From IMG/VR virus record IMGVR_UViG_3300008120_000241, positions 12,843-76,842 of that record: a DNA stretch of 64,000 nucleotides, one strand, 5' to 3'. Below, one piece after another: positions 37,666-46,912 of this stretch (position 1 is the stretch's first letter; every line of letters starts with the position of its first letter). The notes below the pieces were generated by a model. It was not told the DNA's origin. It did not search any database and saw nothing but the letters and a program-made list of their open reading frames with translations. The DNA comes from a virus. Made by a program: the position numbers and the translations under genes.

Positions 37666-40644
37666 ATGGCAGAAAATAAATTAACGGTTTGGCAGAGGTT
37701 AGGGAAAGTATTTGGTCCGACATCCACATTGGATCAACAATCACCTGTGTTTAAATTTGATAAGAAACAACTATTAAAAACAACAGATAAAAATGAGTTT
37801 GAAAGGGAGAAACTTGAAGCCCAACAAACCATGTATATTGGTAAACAATGGCAGAAGGTTGAGAGTAATTTATACCAACAAGCGGTGTACTATGAACCAA
37901 CCAGAATGGCTTCATATTATGATTATGAGGCCATGGAGTACTCAATCCATGGGGACACCAAAATTGCCACTCCTGATGGTTTTATGACCATAAAAGAGCT
38001 TTCAGACAAGGGTAGAGATTATGAATTTATAACATACGCTTATGACCATAATTTGAAAAAAGTAGTACCAGCAATCGCCAGAAATGCTCACTATACCAGA
38101 GATGAAATGGCTTATAAAATTACGTTTGATGATGGGTCACATATTATCGCAACTTATGGTCATAGGTTCTTAAAAAGGGATGGTGTTTTTTGTGAGGTTG
38201 AAAACCTTAAACCGGGGGATTCAATGATGCCATTTTATAGAAAATCTTTTTACAATAATCAAAATTACCATTGGGTTTATACTTGTAATTCAAACGAGGG
38301 TCATCATGGTTGGATATCTGAACACAATTTAATTGCGGAGTGGTATTATAAAAGAAAAATTAATGAAGACGAAGAAGTTCATCATAAAGATTTCAATGGT
38401 AAAAATAACAAACCGGAAAATTTACAAATAATGAATATTTCCGAACATAGAGCTTATCATGCGAGATTAAACAACGAAAAATTATGGGCAAACCCCGAAT
38501 ATAGACAAAAAATGTCTGAAGTTGCTAGAAGAACCGGTAAGTATAGTTGGGAAGGGAAAAGAGCTAAAGAGAATAATCCGGCATATATAAAATTATCATT
38601 TGATTTGATTGTTGAAAAAGCAAGAGAACATAGAACGTTAATGGAAACTGCCACCTCACTTGGTGTTTCATTTAGAAAAATACAGAATGAACTTAGATTC
38701 AATGGGTTTAAAAATTGGTTTGATTTTTTGGATGTTTATGGAATTGATAAAAGTAATAGTGATACTTACGGTGAAAAAAACAATAACTTCAAAAAAATCG
38801 CTTGGGATTTATTAATTGAAATTGCTAGACAAGAAAATAGTATTACAAATACGGCCAAAAGATTGAATGTAAGTAGAAATAAAATTTTAAAAACAATAAA
38901 AGAAGGGGGATTTAATAATTGGATTACATTTTTGGAATCATATGGTATTGAAAAATCAAAACACCACCACCCAAAAAATGAAGAACCAGTTATTAATCAC
39001 AAAATAGTATCAATTGAACCATATGGTGTTGTACCAGTTTATGACTTAACTGTGCCGGGTTATAAGAACTTCGCTACAGATACCATTTTCTCACACAATA
39101 CACCTGAGATCTCTGCCGCTCTTGATATTTACTCTGAAGAATCCACCACTCCTGACCAAGACGGACACATTTTAAAAGTCTACTCTGAATCAAAAAGAAT
39201 TAAACAAGTATTGGTTGATTTGTTTGTAAATAGACTTGATATAAACACCAATTTACCGATGTGGACAAGAAACACTTGTAAATTTGGCGACAATTTCACA
39301 TATTTAAAGTTAGACCCAGAAAAAGGGGTTGTTGGGTGTCAACAATTACCAAATATCCAAATTGAAAGATTGGAAAAGGGAATGAGATTTCAACCGGACA
39401 AATATTCACAAGAAATGGAAAACGATGCTTTGAAATTTGTTGGGAAAGAAAAAAATATGGAGTTCAATACGTGGGAAATTGCCCACTTTAGAATACTTGG
39501 AGATGACCGAAAATTACCTTATGGGACATCTATGTTGGAGAAGGCTAGACGTATATGGAAACAGCTCCTTTTATCGGAAGATGCGATGATGATTTACCGG
39601 GTATCAAGAGCACCAGAAAGAAGGGTATTTAAAGTATTTGTCGGAAATATGGACGACAAAGATGTTGATTCATATGTACAGCGTGTAGCAAACAAATTTA
39701 AAAGGGATCAGATTGCTGACCCCAAAACTGGAAATGTGGATATGAGATACAATCAATTGGCCGTAGATCAAGATTACTTTATCCCGGTTAGAGACCCTTC
39801 CCAAACCAATCCAATTGAAACATTGCCGGGTGGTACAAACTTAGCCGAAATTGCTGATATTGAATATATCCAAAAGAAACTGGTAACTGCCCTTAGAATA
39901 CCAAAGGCGTATTTAGGTTTTGAAGAAGCAGTAGGTAATGGACAAAACTTATCTTTACTTGATATTAGATTTGCAAGAACAATCAACAAAATTCAAAAAT
40001 CAATGTTGGCCGAACTTAATAAGATTGCCATTATTCATTTATTTTTATTAGGGTTTGAAGATGAACTAACAAACTTTACGTTGGGGTTACACAATCCATC
40101 AAAACAATCCGAACTTCTTTCATTGGAATTGTGGAAAGAAAAAATTGAATTATACAAAAATGCGGTAGCTGAAATCGCAAATTCGGTTGCACCAACCTCA
40201 GCTTCTTGGGCTAAAAAGAATATTCTAGGTTTCTCAGATGAGGAGATCAGATTGGATTTACAACAACAACGAATTGAAAGGGCTGTTGCAGCTGAACTTG
40301 CTAAAACACCTGAAGTCATTACAAAAACTGGATTGTTTGATAATATTGATCAATTATATGGTAAAAAACCAGGTGAACCGGCAGGTGAAGCACCAGAAGG
40401 TGGAGAAGAACCTGGAGGAATGCCACCAATGGGTGGAGGATCTGAACTAGGAGGACCACCCCCACCACCGGGACCAGAACCAGGAGGTGAAGTAGGAGTA
40501 ACACCAGAATCAACCAAGAAAAATGATTTAAATTTAATTCTGGAAGATAACTTATATTATGGTAAAACCTCTCTTGATTTATCAAAGGGTAGATTAACCA
40601 TTAATGAAATTGATGACAAATTAAAAGATTTATTGGATAAGTGA
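37666..40644 (+). CDS. Portal protein (T4 gp20-like) with a contiguous intein
   Basis: YEAME..PEISAALDIY, YGTSMLE.ARRIWKQL.L.EDAM.IYR..RAPERRVF..VGNM, DYFIPVR, IETLPGG.NL.EI.DI.Y. Confidence 0.92.
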   Translation: MAENKLTVWQRLGKVFGPTSTLDQQSPVFKFDKKQLLKTTDKNEFEREKLEAQQTMYIGKQWQKVESNLYQQAVYYEPTRMASYYDYEAMEYSIHGDTKIATPDGFMTIKELSDKGRDYEFITYAYDHNLKKVVPAIARNAHYTRDEMAYKITFDDGSHIIATYGHRFLKRDGVFCEVENLKPGDSMMPFYRKSFYNNQNYHWVYTCNSNEGHHGWISEHNLIAEWYYKRKINEDEEVHHKDFNGKNNKPENLQIMNISEHRAYHARLNNEKLWANPEYRQKMSEVARRTGKYSWEGKRAKENNPAYIKLSFDLIVEKAREHRTLMETATSLGVSFRKIQNELRFNGFKNWFDFLDVYGIDKSNSDTYGEKNNNFKKIAWDLLIEIARQENSITNTAKRLNVSRNKILKTIKEGGFNNWITFLESYGIEKSKHHHPKNEEPVINHKIVSIEPYGVVPVYDLTVPGYKNFATDTIFSHNTPEISAALDIYSEESTTPDQDGHILKVYSESKRIKQVLVDLFVNRLDINTNLPMWTRNTCKFGDNFTYLKLDPEKGVVGCQQLPNIQIERLEKGMRFQPDKYSQEMENDALKFVGKEKNMEFNTWEIAHFRILGDDRKLPYGTSMLEKARRIWKQLLLSEDAMMIYRVSRAPERRVFKVFVGNMDDKDVDSYVQRVANKFKRDQIADPKTGNVDMRYNQLAVDQDYFIPVRDPSQTNPIETLPGGTNLAEIADIEYIQKKLVTALRIPKAYLGFEEAVGNGQNLSLLDIRFARTINKIQKSMLAELNKIAIIHLFLLGFEDELTNFTLGLHNPSKQSELLSLELWKEKIELYKNAVAEIANSVAPTSASWAKKNILGFSDEEIRLDLQQQRIERAVAAELAKTPEVITKTGLFDNIDQLYGKKPGEPAGEAPEGGEEPGGMPPMGGGSELGGPPPPPGPEPGGEVGVTPESTKKNDLNLILEDNLYYGKTSLDLSKGRLTINEIDDKLKDLLDK
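37942..39099 (+). mobile_element. 386-aa intein with HNH homing endonuclease in portal (Ser1 ... His-Asn, +1 Thr)
   Basis: SIHGDTKIATPDG, ATYGHRF, EVHHKDFNGKNNKPENL (HNH), VYDLTVPGYKNFATDTIFSHN|T. Confidence 0.9.
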
Positions 40645-40667
40645 TATATTTATTATAAAAACAAATT

Positions 40668-41396
40668 ATGAATACATTTGGTAAAATAAAAACAATGTTG
40701 GAGGAAGCGTCAGTTGTTTCTTATAAAAAGAATGAATTTTCTAAATATATGACCGTTTTTAAAAATATGGTTTTGGAAAATAAAGATATCTGTGAACTAT
40801 ATTATATCTATGACGATCTCTCAACAAATAAAGGTCTGGATAGGGATATCGCTGATGATTACATCAATGAAAATGTTGAATATTCAAAAGTGTTGGTTTC
40901 TGAAAATGAAAAAACATTAAATAAACTATCAAACTGGTTGGAGAATATCGTTGAGTCAACTTCAAACAACTACAAAAATATTGATACATTAATTTATAAT
41001 GATTCAATCAAAAACTTGGAGAAAGTTTTGGAATCCAAAAAACAAATTAAAAATGTTTTAATTAAAGAGTCTGTTAAACTTGAAAATAAAGAGACAGTAA
41101 ATATGCCGTTACAAACAATGGTAAAAATGTATGAGTCCACTTTAAAAAGTAATATTAACTTAAATGAAAATGAGATTAAAGAAATTTCAGAATTAAAAAG
41201 TTTAAGTAAAAATGAAATTGAAAATGAAATCTCAGAATTAAAAGAATCTATTATTTCAAAATTAAAGGTCACATTAAACGAATCAAAGGATGGTGAATTG
41301 AATTCAACGATCAATGACACCATTTCCAAAATTTCAGATACAGAAGTTGACCACTACAATCTTTATAAATTAAGAAAATTAAATTCCGACTTATGA
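40668..41396 (+). CDS. Hypothetical head-module protein
   Basis: 242 aa helical, many (I/L)xE sites; TATTTAT at 40647-40653. Confidence 0.7.
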   Translation: MNTFGKIKTMLEEASVVSYKKNEFSKYMTVFKNMVLENKDICELYYIYDDLSTNKGLDRDIADDYINENVEYSKVLVSENEKTLNKLSNWLENIVESTSNNYKNIDTLIYNDSIKNLEKVLESKKQIKNVLIKESVKLENKETVNMPLQTMVKMYESTLKSNINLNENEIKEISELKSLSKNEIENEISELKESIISKLKVTLNESKDGELNSTINDTISKISDTEVDHYNLYKLRKLNSDL

Positions 41397-41653
41397 GTAA
41401 ATTTATAAAATCATTGTTGGGTTCCGGAACACAAACGTTATCATCAAAAAGATTTGTTGGGATTTTGTGTGTACTATCACTAATCACGGCTTTATTCATT
41501 TCCTTATTCTCAAAAGGTAAATTTTGTCCCAATGATGGTATTGTTGACGTTATCGGTTTACTTGCGTTTGGTACACTTGGTTTAACTTCAACTGAATCTA
41601 TTTTTGGAAAAAAATATGACAACAAAAAAAGTAACGATCAAGAAGAAATTTGA
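41393..41653 (+). CDS. Small two-TM membrane protein (holin-like candidate)
   Basis: SSKRFVGILCVLSLITALFISLF and IVDVIGLLAFGTLGL; charged C-tail. Confidence 0.55.
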   Translation: MSKFIKSLLGSGTQTLSSKRFVGILCVLSLITALFISLFSKGKFCPNDGIVDVIGLLAFGTLGLTSTESIFGKKYDNKKSNDQEEI

Positions 41654-41826
41654 TTTTTTTGTTTGTACTGTGCTTTCTTTTTTTCTTCTCTTTTAATTAC
41701 AGACGGTTTTACAAATTCCTTTCTTTCTTGAAGTTGTTGAATTTGTTTTGTTTTGGAAACCTTAAACTTATATTGTTTAAGTGCTTGCTCCAATGATTTT
41801 TCATTTTTAACGGGAATAATTATCAT
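41638..41826 (-). CDS. rpsU: Phage-encoded ribosomal protein bS21
   Basis: MIIIPVKNEKSLEQALKQYK.K..K..QIQQLQERKEFVKPSVIKR (Bacteroidota-type S21); antisense within head module; TATTTAT promoter at 41845-41851. Confidence 0.88.
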   Translation of the reverse strand: MIIIPVKNEKSLEQALKQYKFKVSKTKQIQQLQERKEFVKPSVIKREEKKKAQYKQKNQISS

Positions 41827-41921
41827 AAATTTTTGTTTTACAACATAAATATAATGATTTTTGACAAATGTAAAAAGTTTTGTTATATTTTTTCAAACAA
41901 TAAACTTGAAAGATATGGAAA

Positions 41922-42383
41922 ATGAAAAAAGGAAAAACATCAAAACTAAAAATTTTTGATGACGCAAAATGTCATTATGGGACAGTGGACTCAAAAGAAC
42001 TAAAATCAATTTATGTGGTATTACAAACTTGGATTGAACCCTTGGATGACGAAGAAAATTGGAACAGAATAACTGGAGTTATAAAAAGACAAATTCAACA
42101 CACGTTATTGGAAGTTGTTGACCCATTAACGTTTGAAAAAAAACAAATAGTTGATCTTGATTTAAGAACAAGTGGAATTCAAAAAAATAAAAGAAGTTTT
42201 TTAAATCTGGAAATTACTTTATTTGTTCACGACAAAACCTTGGATTTTAAATCATTAATTTTAAGGTCAAAAATCAAAAATATAATATCATCAATCTATT
42301 TGGATGATTTAAAAAAATCAAAGTATTTCACATTAAGTCTCACAAAAACTAAAGAAACTGAAGTTAGTGAATATTTATCATAA
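41922..42383 (+). CDS. Hypothetical protein
   Basis: 153 aa between bS21 and protease. Confidence 0.7.
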   Translation: MKKGKTSKLKIFDDAKCHYGTVDSKELKSIYVVLQTWIEPLDDEENWNRITGVIKRQIQHTLLEVVDPLTFEKKQIVDLDLRTSGIQKNKRSFLNLEITLFVHDKTLDFKSLILRSKIKNIISSIYLDDLKKSKYFTLSLTKTKETEVSEYLS

Positions 42384-42392
42384 AAATATATT

Positions 42393-43097
42393 ATGAAAAT
42401 ATTAGGACCAAACGATACGGGTAAGGGGATTCTTGTGGAATGGGATGCTGGAACTATCAATCCAAATGATACCAGAAATAATCTAGTGATAAAAGAATCT
42501 TACGGACAACTTGACCATTCAAAACCTTTTGTGTTTTATGCCACACTTCAAAAATATGGTGTACCAAATAGAAACGGAAGAATTTACCCTGAGAAAATAT
42601 TAAAAAGGGAAGCTGAGAAATACAAAGATATGATTAATCGTGGAATGTCAATTTCAGAACTTAATCACCCAGAATCATCACTAATTGATCTAGATAGGGT
42701 GGCTCATCTTATAACTGATGTATGGTGGGAAGATAATGTATTGATGGGAAAAATTAAATTATTAACAACACCCGGATTTCACGAGAGAGGAATTGTATCA
42801 TCAAAAGGTGATGTTGCCGCTAATATGATGAGACAAGGTGTAACAATGGGGGTATCATCAAGAGGTGTTGGTTCTTTGGTTAAAAAAGGGGAACAAAATG
42901 AAGTACAAGAAGATTTTGAATTAATTTGTTTTGATTTGGTTTCTTCACCATCCACACCTGGCGCTTACCTTTATTTAAATCAAGAGGATAGACCAAAATA
43001 CGAAGAAAAATTATCAGAACAACAAAATATTGATTCAAATTCATTTTCCAAATCAGTTGACTTAATGAAAAGATTATCCGATTATTTAGGAAAGTAA
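42393..43097 (+). CDS. Prohead core protease (T4 gp21-like)
   Basis: NRNGRIYP, ELNHP, GVSSRGVGS, FDLVSSPSTPGAY. Confidence 0.92.
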   Translation: MKILGPNDTGKGILVEWDAGTINPNDTRNNLVIKESYGQLDHSKPFVFYATLQKYGVPNRNGRIYPEKILKREAEKYKDMINRGMSISELNHPESSLIDLDRVAHLITDVWWEDNVLMGKIKLLTTPGFHERGIVSSKGDVAANMMRQGVTMGVSSRGVGSLVKKGEQNEVQEDFELICFDLVSSPSTPGAYLYLNQEDRPKYEEKLSEQQNIDSNSFSKSVDLMKRLSDYLGK

Positions 43098-43108
43098 AAA
43101 TTTAAATT

Positions 43109-43318
43109 ATGGATGAAAAGTATTTTGTAGCAAGAGTAACCACTGATATGGTGGATGAGAACTCAGGGAAAGTAAAAAAAATGAAAGAAGAAAAGTTGGT
43201 TAGAGGTTTCTCACCAACAGATGTTGAAGCGAAGGTGACTAAACTTTATGAATCTTATACAATGGATTGGAGAATTACGGCCATTGTTGAGAGTAAAATT
43301 GACGAAGTTATTGAATAA
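43109..43318 (+). CDS. Small protein, DUF4494-like
   Basis: YF.A.V....DENSGKVKK.KE..LV...S.T.VEAKV pattern. Confidence 0.5.
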   Translation: MDEKYFVARVTTDMVDENSGKVKKMKEEKLVRGFSPTDVEAKVTKLYESYTMDWRITAIVESKIDEVIE

Positions 43319-43343
43319 TTTCAACTAAAAATTAAATTGTTTT

Positions 43344-43375
43344 AAAGGAGGTATTGCAAAATATCTCCTTTTTTT
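43344..43375 (+). terminator. Intrinsic terminator
   Basis: AAAGGAGGTATT-GCAA-AATATCTCCTTT plus T-tract. Confidence 0.75.
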
Positions 43376-43416
43376 GTGTCTTTTTTTTACTATATATTTA
43401 TAATGTAAAATATATT

Positions 43417-43866
43417 ATGAATAAAAGTTTCAGTAAAATTAGACATATCCAAGAATCAAATCAAAGACTGGAAAAAAGGTTACTTAAAGAAGATGATGAA
43501 TTGAAAGATGAAAAACTACAACATATCATTGATGTTGATACCGAACTAGACAATGACCCCGCTTATAAGGAGTATGAAAAAATATATTCCATAAATAAAA
43601 TAAAAAAAATGGTTTCAGATCAAATGGGGATTAATATATCGGATATGAGTGATGAAGAATCACAAGGATTAATTGATATGTTCACATCTTTTATGGATAT
43701 AAGTAAAGAAGGTAAGGAGAAAATGACTCGTGAAAAACTTCTTGAGCGTAAGGATAGTGTGATTAATCTTGTTATTGAAATTATTGAAATTGCGGTTGAA
43801 AATGATGATTTTGAAATGGTTACAAAATTACGAAACTATATTGAACTTTTAGAAGATTATAATTAA
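43417..43866 (+). CDS. Hypothetical late protein with leader (IRHIQESNQRLEKRLLKE)
   Basis: Start ATG 43417; TATTTAT at 43395-43401; C-terminal UVR-like AVENDDFE...KLR. Confidence 0.7.
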   Translation: MNKSFSKIRHIQESNQRLEKRLLKEDDELKDEKLQHIIDVDTELDNDPAYKEYEKIYSINKIKKMVSDQMGINISDMSDEESQGLIDMFTSFMDISKEGKEKMTREKLLERKDSVINLVIEIIEIAVENDDFEMVTKLRNYIELLEDYN

Positions 43867-43882
43867 AAAAAACATAAAAATT

Positions 43883-44923
43883 ATGAAAAAAATAGTAAGA
43901 TTAACAGAATCGGATTTAACAAGAATAATTAAACGCGTTATTTCCGAACAAACTCAAGGTGAAAGTGGATTTATCCAAACAATAGTTGATAAATATAACA
44001 TTTCAGATGAGTTGAGAAATGAAATTATAAATACTATTAAAAATTCTGAGTGTAAAAATATTACGTTTGAAAAACTTAAAATGGGTGATGGATTGGCCTT
44101 AGGTGATAAGTTAATTTTAACCCCAAGGACATTAGAGAACACTTTGGGTAGATTCTTATTTATTTTATTTCACGAATTGGCACACCAATACCAATTTAAA
44201 AAATATGGAATGGAAAAAATGCTTGAATTATATAGTGATGAAATGGATTTAAAAGAAGCCGCACAATTTATGAAACAAGTTGAAAGTGTGGCGGATGAAT
44301 TTGCTGTAAGAAAATTAAAAAACCTAGAAAGAAAAGGATTAATTACACCATCAAGATCCGATATGTTTAAAGGTTATGACGGTATTTCGTTAGAAAGATT
44401 GGAAATAATGATTGATATGTTTAGAAATCAATTAAGGAAAAGTAACATTACTGGCGCTAAAAATATTAGTGAGTTTTTATACAATATGGTTAAAATTGAA
44501 CAAACAAACCCACAAGTAAATTCTGAAAAACAAAAACCTTCTGAAATCACACCAACTGAAATAAAAAAAGAAATGAATAAAGAAAATAGTACAATCAGTG
44601 CCGATGAAGTATATTATGAAATTCCAAAAGGTATAAAAAAAGTTGTTGGTAATTTAGATGCTTCGTCAATGGAAGATTTTAATGATGTTGAAGTTATAGA
44701 TGGTAATTTAACTGTTAATAGTGATAAAATCAAATCACTACAAAATATTAAAACTATAAATGGTAAACTTTGGGTTTATGGTAACAATTTTGAAGACTTT
44801 GGTAATTTAAAAACGGTAAAAGGGGATGTAACATTGACTAAAAATACACCATTATTGGATATGTATACTGAAGATGAAATTAAAGGAATGATTAATATTG
44901 GAGGAAACTTACAAATAAAATAA
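43883..44923 (+). CDS. Leader-bearing zincin-like metalloprotease with C-terminal repeat domain
   Basis: MKKIVRLTESDLTRIIKRVISEQ; FHELAHQYQ..VESVADEFA; V.GNL-type repeats. Confidence 0.7.
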   Translation: MKKIVRLTESDLTRIIKRVISEQTQGESGFIQTIVDKYNISDELRNEIINTIKNSECKNITFEKLKMGDGLALGDKLILTPRTLENTLGRFLFILFHELAHQYQFKKYGMEKMLELYSDEMDLKEAAQFMKQVESVADEFAVRKLKNLERKGLITPSRSDMFKGYDGISLERLEIMIDMFRNQLRKSNITGAKNISEFLYNMVKIEQTNPQVNSEKQKPSEITPTEIKKEMNKENSTISADEVYYEIPKGIKKVVGNLDASSMEDFNDVEVIDGNLTVNSDKIKSLQNIKTINGKLWVYGNNFEDFGNLKTVKGDVTLTKNTPLLDMYTEDEIKGMINIGGNLQIK

Positions 44924-44935
44924 TTAAATAATATT

Positions 44936-45313
44936 ATGAAAAAAGTAATTAAATTAACAGAATCGGATTTAACTCGTATTGTTAAACGAGTAATCCAGGA
45001 AGTAAACGATGAATTTGACGATGATTCAGTTATTGACAATAATTTCAATCAAGAAGAATATGATGAATTATTGGACCAAGCGAGGGAATTTTTATGTCGT
45101 GAAATTGGTTTAGAAGAAGATGAGGTTTACAATATGAGTGATGACCAAATTATTGGTGAAATTAAATATTATGATAAAGGTTTATATCGTAGATTAGAAG
45201 AACTGAAATATAGTAAACCTGTTGATTTAGATGAACCATACGATTCAATTGGTGGGTATTCAGTAAATGATTTGAGAAGAACTTTTAAAAATTATAAATA
45301 CGACAAAAAATAA
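44936..45313 (+). CDS. Small acidic protein with MKKVIKLTESDLTRIVKRVIQE leader
   Basis: Leader near-identical to 43883 at protein and DNA level. Confidence 0.75.
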   Translation: MKKVIKLTESDLTRIVKRVIQEVNDEFDDDSVIDNNFNQEEYDELLDQAREFLCREIGLEEDEVYNMSDDQIIGEIKYYDKGLYRRLEELKYSKPVDLDEPYDSIGGYSVNDLRRTFKNYKYDKK

Positions 45314-45338
45314 ACAATATTGAGTAATAAAATAATGT

Positions 45339-45364
45339 AATCCACCATAAAAGGTGGATTTTTT
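45339..45364 (+). terminator. Intrinsic terminator
   Basis: AATCCACC-ATAAAA-GGTGGATT plus T-tract. Confidence 0.75.
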
Positions 45365-45499
45365 GTATCTAATAATTGGGGAATATCAAAAAATATTCCC
45401 TTTTTTTATATTAAATCCACATTTTTTTAACTTTTTTCAAAGTGACGCATATTTATTAGGAAAAATAAACTTTTTATAAGGCAAATATTGCAAAATTTT

Positions 45500-46876
45500 A
45501 TGGAAAAAAATAAATCTGTAGTTGAACAAGCTTTATTGCAAATGAAAGCAATAGAAGAGGCTATCAGTGAAAATGCAAAAGGAATACTTGCTTCTACCAT
45601 GAAGGAAGAAATCGCAGAACTAGTAAAAGAATCCTTAAAGGAAAAAACTAAACTTACCGAACAAGATGAAGAAGATTCAGAAATGGATGTAGAAATGGAA
45701 GACGATATGGAGGTTGAAGATGAAACAGGTGATGTTGAATTTGATGCTGAAATGGAAGATGAAGGTGAGGATGATTCAGAAATGTTAGATATGGATTTTG
45801 ACATGGAAGATGATAACGAGGATGAACTACCTCCACTTGACTTAACTCAAGCTTCAGCTGATGAGGTTTTGAGAGTATTTAAGGCAATGGGTGATGAAGA
45901 TGGTATCATTATTAAAAAACAAGATGATGGTGACATCCACTTGGTTGATAACAATAATGACACTGAGTATTTAATCACATTTGGTGGTGAGTCGGCAGAA
46001 GCGGAATCTATGAATATGATGGAAAATTATATGGACGAAGAAGAAATGGATGAATCTTGGTCTGAAGAAATGGATGAAGAGGAAATGGATGAAGAAGAAA
46101 TGGACGAAGAAGAAATGGACGAAGAAGAAATGGACGAAAACGTTTATGAAATTGATCAAGAAACTTTGGAATCTGTTTTAGAATCATTCAAAGCTAAAGG
46201 AGTTGGAATGGGTAAACCTGGTTCAGGTATGAGCAAAACATCTGTTAACATGAAGGGTTTTAAAGAAGAAAAGAAATCCGGAGGTAAAGGTGTTGGAATG
46301 GGTAAACCAAATTTCAAATATCCTTCAAAAATGAAAGGTGGAGTAACTGAAACTGAAACTGACGAAATGGAAGAAGCCGAAACAACTGAAGCTTCAAGAA
46401 CTTTAGGTAGTGGAAGAAAGTGGGGAAGAAAAGGTTTACCAAAACCAAAGGCAGCCCCAAGACACCTTGAAGTTGAATCAATTCAAAGTGAATTAAACTT
46501 GTTAAGAGAAAAGAATGAAGAATACAAAAAAGCATTGGACTTTTTGAGAAAGAAAATGGACGAGGTTGCTGTATTTAATTCTAATCTAGCGTACGCAACA
46601 AGATTGTTTACTGAACATTCAACAACAAAACAAGAAAAAATAAATGTACTTAGAAGATTTGACAATGTTGAAACAATCAAAGAATCTAAGACACTTTACA
46701 AAACAATTAAAGATGAGTTATCCAATGAGACAACAAGTCAATCAATTACTGAAAGTGTACAACAAAAAGTAGTTAAGACTCCTCAAAACGGATCATCAAC
46801 AAATTTAATTGAAAGTAAAACGTATGAAAATCCTCAATTTATGAGAATGAAGGATTTGATGACAAAAATAAAATAA
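45500..46876 (+). CDS. Prohead scaffold/core protein (gp22-like)
   Basis: Very acidic coiled-coil with EEEMD repeats between protease and capsid; TATTTAT at 45450-45456. Confidence 0.75.
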   Translation: MEKNKSVVEQALLQMKAIEEAISENAKGILASTMKEEIAELVKESLKEKTKLTEQDEEDSEMDVEMEDDMEVEDETGDVEFDAEMEDEGEDDSEMLDMDFDMEDDNEDELPPLDLTQASADEVLRVFKAMGDEDGIIIKKQDDGDIHLVDNNNDTEYLITFGGESAEAESMNMMENYMDEEEMDESWSEEMDEEEMDEEEMDEEEMDEEEMDENVYEIDQETLESVLESFKAKGVGMGKPGSGMSKTSVNMKGFKEEKKSGGKGVGMGKPNFKYPSKMKGGVTETETDEMEEAETTEASRTLGSGRKWGRKGLPKPKAAPRHLEVESIQSELNLLREKNEEYKKALDFLRKKMDEVAVFNSNLAYATRLFTEHSTTKQEKINVLRRFDNVETIKESKTLYKTIKDELSNETTSQSITESVQQKVVKTPQNGSSTNLIESKTYENPQFMRMKDLMTKIK

Positions 46877-46912
46877 ATAAACAATAAACTCAAATTTAAA
46901 AAACTAGAAAAA

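Noticed and set aside
43344-43356. AAAGGAGGT Shine-Dalgarno with TTG start at 43354
   Set aside because: It is the 5' arm of a terminator hairpin, spacing to TTG is too short, and ATG 43417 has its own TATTTAT promoter
46030-46140. GAAGAAGAAATGGAY tandem repeats
   Set aside because: Encode the EEEMD acidic tract of the scaffold protein; ordinary coding low complexity
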